From the NCBI GenBank assembly GCA_037447605.1, contig CM074804.1:4627909-4691908 (forward strand): a DNA stretch of 64,000 nucleotides. Reading direction: 5' to 3'. Below are positions 60,459 to 64,000 of this stretch, one piece after another (position 1 is the first letter of the stretch; every line of letters starts with the position of its first letter). A model generated the notes under the pieces. That model did no database searches, was not told the DNA's origin, and saw only the letters and a list, made by a program, of their open reading frames with translations. The DNA is from Zygnema circumcarinatum SAG 698-1b (lineage: Eukaryota > Plantae > Zygnematophyceae). The translations under genes were made by a program, and so were the position numbers.

Positions 60459-61847
60459 CAGGCATCGTCAAATACGGGATTTTTTGAAAAAGTCCAGTAC
60501 ATACTGAAAAGAAAATTCGAAAAGTCCCGAAAATAAAGCCGCCCTTGGAGAAAAAAAAAAGAAAACCCTCCATGAAGCGTGCCAGACGTACTGATGGCGA
60601 AACGAAACGAAATAGTCTGCCTGCTTGCCCGCCCGCCCGTTGGCCTGCCTGCTTGCTGCCTGCCTGCTTCTCTGGCTGCAGTTAACAAGCCTGAAATGCT
60701 GGCAATGGCGAAGGAAAAGAAGTTGCTGAAGTTCCAACCAGGCCGCGAAGACAAGTTTGGTCTCAAGGTCACTCACTGCTCGTGACTCACAAGCAGGCCT
60801 TGTAGCTGCTTGTGTGTGTGTGTCGTTTCTGCCTCGTTTTTGGGCGAAAAGATGAGGTTGGCGCCAAGAGGAAATCTACAGATCGCCCAAAAAAATTCGA
60901 AAGCCGTCGAACAGACACCTATATGTTGCATGTTAATGACCAGCATCCTTTGAAGGGGACTGAATGCAACCAGATTCTGTCGCCATCACAGCGAGACTTG
61001 TCTTCAAGAATGTGCTTCCTACCAATACTTTGGGAGCTCATTTTGAATCATTTTGAAGCCAGTGCATCCTTATATTTCACTATCGACAAATCGGTGGCCG
61101 AGGTGATTATTGGAGCCAAAAGAACAACCCTAAAAACACTTGGTCTTTTTGGAGAAAATGTAGGGAGGGCAGTATAAGAGTTTGGGTGAGGAACTTTGGA
61201 GAAAAGAGAGTTGCATTTTCAATTCTTTAGATTTTGGATCAGTGATCCTTGCTCGGCTTGCGGCGTGGAAACCATAAGGGACGCTGCACTTTTGTGTTTA
61301 ACTTCCCATCTGAATCGATTCAACTCTACAAACGAATCAAATTTAGTCATTTTGTTATAAATGACAGCATGGAGAGAAAAAGGAGTCGAATTCTTATAAG
61401 AAAGGAGTAAACTTTCATTGAACTCGCGATGGCGAGGCCATCAAATGTACATGGACAAAGGCAAAATGTGGAACCACGAAGGACTGGTCACAAAGGACCG
61501 AAACACAATAAAACGAAGCTAGGAGCGGAAAACTACGCCTAGGCACAACAACGCAGCCCTAGAAGCAGCCGAAGTCGAATTCTTATGCTTCACGCGACGT
61601 TTAGACGTATCAGGCAAAATGTTGGAAAAACGGTCGTCGAATGCTACTACAGGACAAAAACTTCGTCCAAAAGTACAAACAAAGTACACTGAAAGTATTA
61701 GAAATGTACCAGAAAGTACAAAACAGTACAACATGGTACAAAATAAGTACGCAACAGAAAAGTCCCGAAAATTCCGAAAATGAAACTCAAAATGGTCCCA
61801 AAGATAGTAAAATATGGGATGTCCAATCCCATATTTGACGATGCCTG
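60459..61847 (+). mobile_element. Internally deleted hAT transposon (1389 bp) retaining a BED-finger-like transposase fragment
   Basis: 22-bp TIRs CAGGCATCGTCAAATACGGGAT / ATCCCATATTTGACGATGCCTG (1 mismatch) and 8-bp flanks ccccacgc/ccccgcgc. The + strand reads LKFQPGREDKFGLKVT...VCRFCLVFGRKDEVGAKRKST...TYMLHVNDQHP...LYFTIDKSVAEVIIG at ~60725-61115, with CxxC...HxxxxH spacing. Confidence 0.85.
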
Positions 61848-61929
61848 CCCCGCGCCGACCAGCCAGCCGGCCGTACGGTATGGTACGGCCGCGCCTTTGG
61901 AGTAGGGATGGATATTCAAACGCAGTGTA

Positions 61930-62413
61930 CAGTCTAATCACGTTATAGTGACACTGTTTATAAGAACAGCATGAATATACTGACTTTTTTCCGGGAACGG
62001 AATTGCACCACTGCAGATCCTGCGCCAGTAGTGACGCCATTACGGATATAATGACGTTGAAAAACCCTGATTGTTACTATATATTCAAAATGTCGATATT
62101 ATCCACCCACGTATTGGAATATGCGTTACAAATATATTTACGACCGTACACATTATCGACTAATATCGTAAGATATCGATTTGACCGTACATATCAACTT
62201 GTCCGTACACATGCCAACTAGGGTTCGTACACACCTACCCACGTGACGACTGCCCAAAAAGTACAATGTACGGTAACAAAGTCTTACGGATACATCGCAA
62301 AAACATATGTAATAACATTGTTACTATAAATGTGAAATGACAAACGGGTCATTACCGATATAGTGACACAAATGCGTGGGGACCGACACAGTCACTATAA
62401 CGTGATTAGACTG
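61930..62413. mobile_element. Tc1/mariner (pogo-like) MITE, copy 2 (484 bp, without the nested insert)
   Basis: Same 21-bp TIRs with TA flanks (61928-29, 62414-15); the body is the reverse complement of 50422-50459 joined to 50835-51289. Confidence 0.9.
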
Positions 62414-62480
62414 TATTGGAATTCCAATAAAAAATTCTAAAAGTCAGGCCGTTTTATAGAACACTTTTAGAACGGCTGTA

Positions 62481-63371
62481 CAGCAGGCCCCTTCAAATAG
62501 GGGAGATCCCCTAAATATCGTAAATAGCTTATTTATGTAAGATTTTGAGATTAGTTTACGTGATTTCAACTTAAGTACCACACAAGCCCCAAAAAAGCAT
62601 TTTTTTGGTTAAAAACAAAATGGAAATGAATTGCATTTGCAACCACGATAGCAATGATGTATATGAACTTTACTTGTTGGTATAACAACACGGCTTTAAA
62701 AACTGGTGCAACCTCTTCGACTCTTATAGATTGGTAAATTTTACCAATCAATTAGAACAACTGTGCATTTGGCAATCACAACATATAGTTGCTTATTCAA
62801 AACCCAATTTACCTTTGAAACTTTGTAGATCCAATCCTAAGCTCTCTATTTCCTTTTCCATCCATCATTAATTACTCCAAGTATCACTTTAGAATCTATC
62901 ATAGTCTTGAAATTTCCTCACAAAAACTCTATTCCAAATCATAACCTCTGAAATTCTAGGTGTAGTCACAAAAGAAAAACTGAAATAGGAACTAAAATTA
63001 GAAATGAAATGAAAAATGGTCTCACTCCCTTAGGAGTTTTAGCTGATCAAGACAGCTATAGAAGTGATGCAAACTACTCAAAGAGACCCTCGAAGAGCGG
63101 TCAAACTATCAAACTGTTTGCAGTGAAGAATTCCTTCCAATGAAAAGTCTGTCAACCTCTTTCGAAACTCGTCTTTCTCCCATCCAATTACTGAAAAATC
63201 AGACTCGACGGTAGCAGTGTTGGGAAATGATGAAGCAAGGTCTCCACAAAATTCTCGTCCGTACGTGCACGGTTTCGTCCGTACAGTCCATATTTACGTG
63301 TTTTTACAAAACCAAGTTAGGGGACAGTCCCCTATCTTAAGCCGAAATCCCCTATTTGAAGAGGCTTGCTG
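62481..63371. mobile_element. Non-autonomous Tc1/mariner-type element (891 bp)
   Basis: 24-bp TIRs CAGCAGGCCCCTTCAAATAGGGGA / TCCCCTATTTGAAGAGGCTTGCTG (2 mismatches), flanked by TA (62479-80, 63372-73). The interior is AT-rich with no intact ORF. Confidence 0.75.
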
Positions 63372-63416
63372 TACAGTCATACGGTTGTACGGTCATACGG
63401 CAATCTTTCTGACGGG

Positions 63417-63869
63417 TGTAGCACAGTGGAGCTGCGCTCGACGGATCCGCGTCAGTTCAGTTGTACTTGACATATGCCTCTTCAGTGTCACGGACCGGCA
63501 TAATCCAGGAGCTGCCGACGGAGAATGCGAGAAGGCGGCGCCATGTGTTGGCGGCCCACGGAACAGCACACCATCCAGCAAGGCGCACTCGGAAGCGCCG
63601 CATAATNNNNNNNNNNGGACAGGGGAAGAGAGCCCCCAAGGTAGGGCTCTTTGCGCATCGAGTCCAGCCGCCGGTGGGAACATCTTCAGGATCCCTACGT
63701 CTTCCGCTGCACGTACCTCTGAATCCCCCGGATCCTGGCTCTATGCTGCAGGCGGACCCACAGCACCAATCCAACCCTTCATTAGTTTCAGGACGGACGC
63801 GCGAGTGGCCGTACAGCACTTGCAACTAGCTCAGCAGTCTCCCCTTAACCCCACTTATCTTGTGCTACA
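63417..63869. mobile_element. Solo LTR of the 54741-60265 gypsy family, or a collapsed full element (contains a gap)
   Basis: TGTAGCAC...GTGCTACA inverted termini and a 4-bp TSD cggg (63413-16, 63870-73). An N gap at 63607-63616 leaves the true length unknown. Confidence 0.85.
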
Positions 63870-64000
63870 CGGGCCAGCCCCAATCACTGACCGTATTACC
63901 GTACATTAAGTTCAATTGCAACGGTCGTACCGCCATTTTAAAAGTGTTCTGAATCACTGAAAATTAAATTAGAACGTTCTAATTTAGAGGGTAGTGATAT

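Overview
Eukaryotic, intron-rich nuclear DNA from a green plant-lineage (streptophyte) genome. The proteins resemble land-plant homologues. GC-rich promoter islands and many short introns would fit a streptophyte alga or early-diverging plant, but the species cannot be fixed from sequence alone. Nine protein-coding genes are supported: kinesin-5 (-), a full-length DNAJC16-type J-domain/thioredoxin-like ER protein (+), acidic peptide:N-glycanase PNGase A (-), a HAPSTR1/C16orf72-like protein (+), a PHOSPHO1/PECP1-type HAD phosphatase (-), plastid ribosomal protein L24 (-), an intronless 676-aa orphan ORF with an N-terminal membrane anchor (+), an APCB1/nucellin-type aspartyl protease (-) and a YOR238W/C57A10.07 (DUF218-like) protein (-). 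Intergenic DNA holds at least six non-autonomous DNA transposons delimited by TIRs and target-site duplications (four with 8-bp TSDs or in an 8-bp-TSD family, and TA-TSD Tc1/mariner types), including a nested stack at 50.3-51.6 kb. There is also a decayed Ty3/gypsy LTR retrotransposon with 4-bp TSDs (54741-60265). It carries a diverged internal LTR-like duplicate, an inserted solo LTR and an antisense ORF. A probable solo LTR of the same family lies at 63.4 kb. Three 10-N scaffold gaps fall inside these LTRs or at their borders. No rRNA, tRNA or CRISPR is supported. All homology calls come from recognised motifs, not database searches. I found no clearly new enzymatic system; the best leads are the retroelement architecture, the orphan ORF and the ancestral-type DNAJC16.
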